From Centroscyllium fabricii (Eukaryota): a stretch of DNA of 64,000 nucleotides. The DNA is taken from positions 59,892,001 to 59,956,000 of the forward strand of contig JBNRSN020000024.1 in NCBI GenBank assembly GCA_051313645.2. Reading direction: 5' to 3'. The notes below the pieces were generated by a model. It searched no databases, had not been told where the DNA came from, and saw only the letters and a program-made list of their open reading frames with translations. Of this stretch, positions 62,918 through 64,000 are shown piece by piece; within the stretch, counting starts at the first letter, position 1; every line of letters begins with the position of its first letter. A program made the translations under genes and the position numbers.

Positions 62918-63222
62918 CATAGAAACATAGAAGATAAGAGCCGGAGTGGGCCATTCGGCCCCTCGAGCCTGCTCCGCCATTCAATGCGATCATGGCTGAT
63001 CATCCAAATTCAGTACCCTGTCCCTGCCTTCTCCCCATATCCCTTTAGCCTTAAGAAATATATCTAACTCCTTCTTGAATATATTTAATGAATCGGCCTC
63101 TACGGCCTTCTGTGGTAGAGAATTCCACAGGTTCACCACTCTCTGGGTGAAGAAATTCCTCCTCATCTCTGCCCTAAATGGCTTACCCCTTACCCTTAGA
63201 CTGTGACCCCTGGTTCTGGACT
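62918..63222 (-). mobile_element. CR1 3' fragment
   Basis: Same 3' region as the 1255 and 8191 copies. Confidence 0.9.
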
Positions 63223-63382
63223 GCCTCCCTCATCCTTGCGTGACCTCCTAATGGTATTGACACAGTGGTCAAGGAATACTCAGTACCCGGAACAGTCTCT
63301 CTCTCTGCTGCAGTAAAACGCAGGGAGGGCAAAGCCCTTTGCTACAAGCAAACTTGGGAAACATTTTTATTTGTTTCTTTAC

Positions 63383-63518
63383 CTTTCATCCCGCCAGAGA
63401 AACCTCGCCAATTGGCAAACACCATTAGTGGAAGTCCTTCTCGGTTCAGGTCCTTAATGGCTTGAGCGGTTTTGAAGGCAGAGTCGGGGAACCACACTTG
63501 ACCGGCTTGCTGGATTAT
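63383..63518 (-). CDS. ACACA: Acetyl-CoA carboxylase 1, CT-domain exon ([45 protein letters not shown])
   Basis: Translation matches the vertebrate ACC CT domain; acceptor ...gaacag|ATA, donor G|gtaaag; 136 nt, phase 0 to 1. Confidence 0.95.
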
Positions 63519-64000
63519 CTGTTCACACAGACCACGCATGTATTATTGACCAACACCTACATGGTAAAGGGGAAGGCCCCACGTTTAAACAAACTGAGGA
63601 AAGGAAGGGAAGTGAGAAGGGTAGGGGAAGCGAGGGAATGGGTGAAAATAAGAAGATCAAAGATACATAAATAAACGTGTAGTAGTGCACGAGTCTGGGA
63701 GTACATCCACTATGGAAAAGTGCTCATGGCTGCAATGGTTTGTCGGCTCTCACAGGTTCCTTAATGTGAGGAAGAGCCATCAATGGATCATTCTTGCACT
63801 GAAAAGATAGTTCAAAGTGACTTTGACAGATCACTCAGAGCAGGTGCCCCCTCTCTTGTCCGGGACAAAACAACGCGACAAGAAAAAGGGAGGAAATCTT
63901 CTCCTCTAATAAAAACAAAACAAGCCTAATGGCAAATTTTAAAATGCTCAGTACCAGCCCTGCTAGATGAAGGAACGGCAATGTCATGAACTGAAATGCA

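Overview
Vertebrate genomic DNA, most likely from a cartilaginous fish (shark), judging by HE1-type V-SINEs, HER1/CR1 LINEs and SacSINE1-like Deu-SINEs. The only host gene is the 3' end of acetyl-CoA carboxylase 1 (ACACA) on the minus strand: seven exons from 63518 to a TAG stop at 18612-18610. All have canonical GT-AG junctions with consistent phases and encode the C-terminal carboxyltransferase region. Most of the remaining sequence is transposon-derived. At 1195-8176 is a decayed CsRn1-type Ty3/gypsy element carrying a near-intact CR1 LINE in its 5' LTR and a foreign solo LTR in its integrase. There are also many CR1 fragments, several SINE families, pogo/Tigger-like, Harbinger-like and hAT-like MITEs, and a solo LTR beside an ACACA splice acceptor. 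Most notable: (i) fold-back Penelope-type elements with hammerhead-ribozyme cores in the probable ACACA 3' UTR; (ii) Tigger-like MITEs with interchangeable interiors and dense NRF1/YY1 motifs; (iii) a V-SINE subfamily that has swapped its LINE-derived tail; (iv) a SINE inserted in antisense into a close relative; (v) two MITEs inserted in the same phase of a 20-bp minisatellite. All calls were made by eye without database searches.
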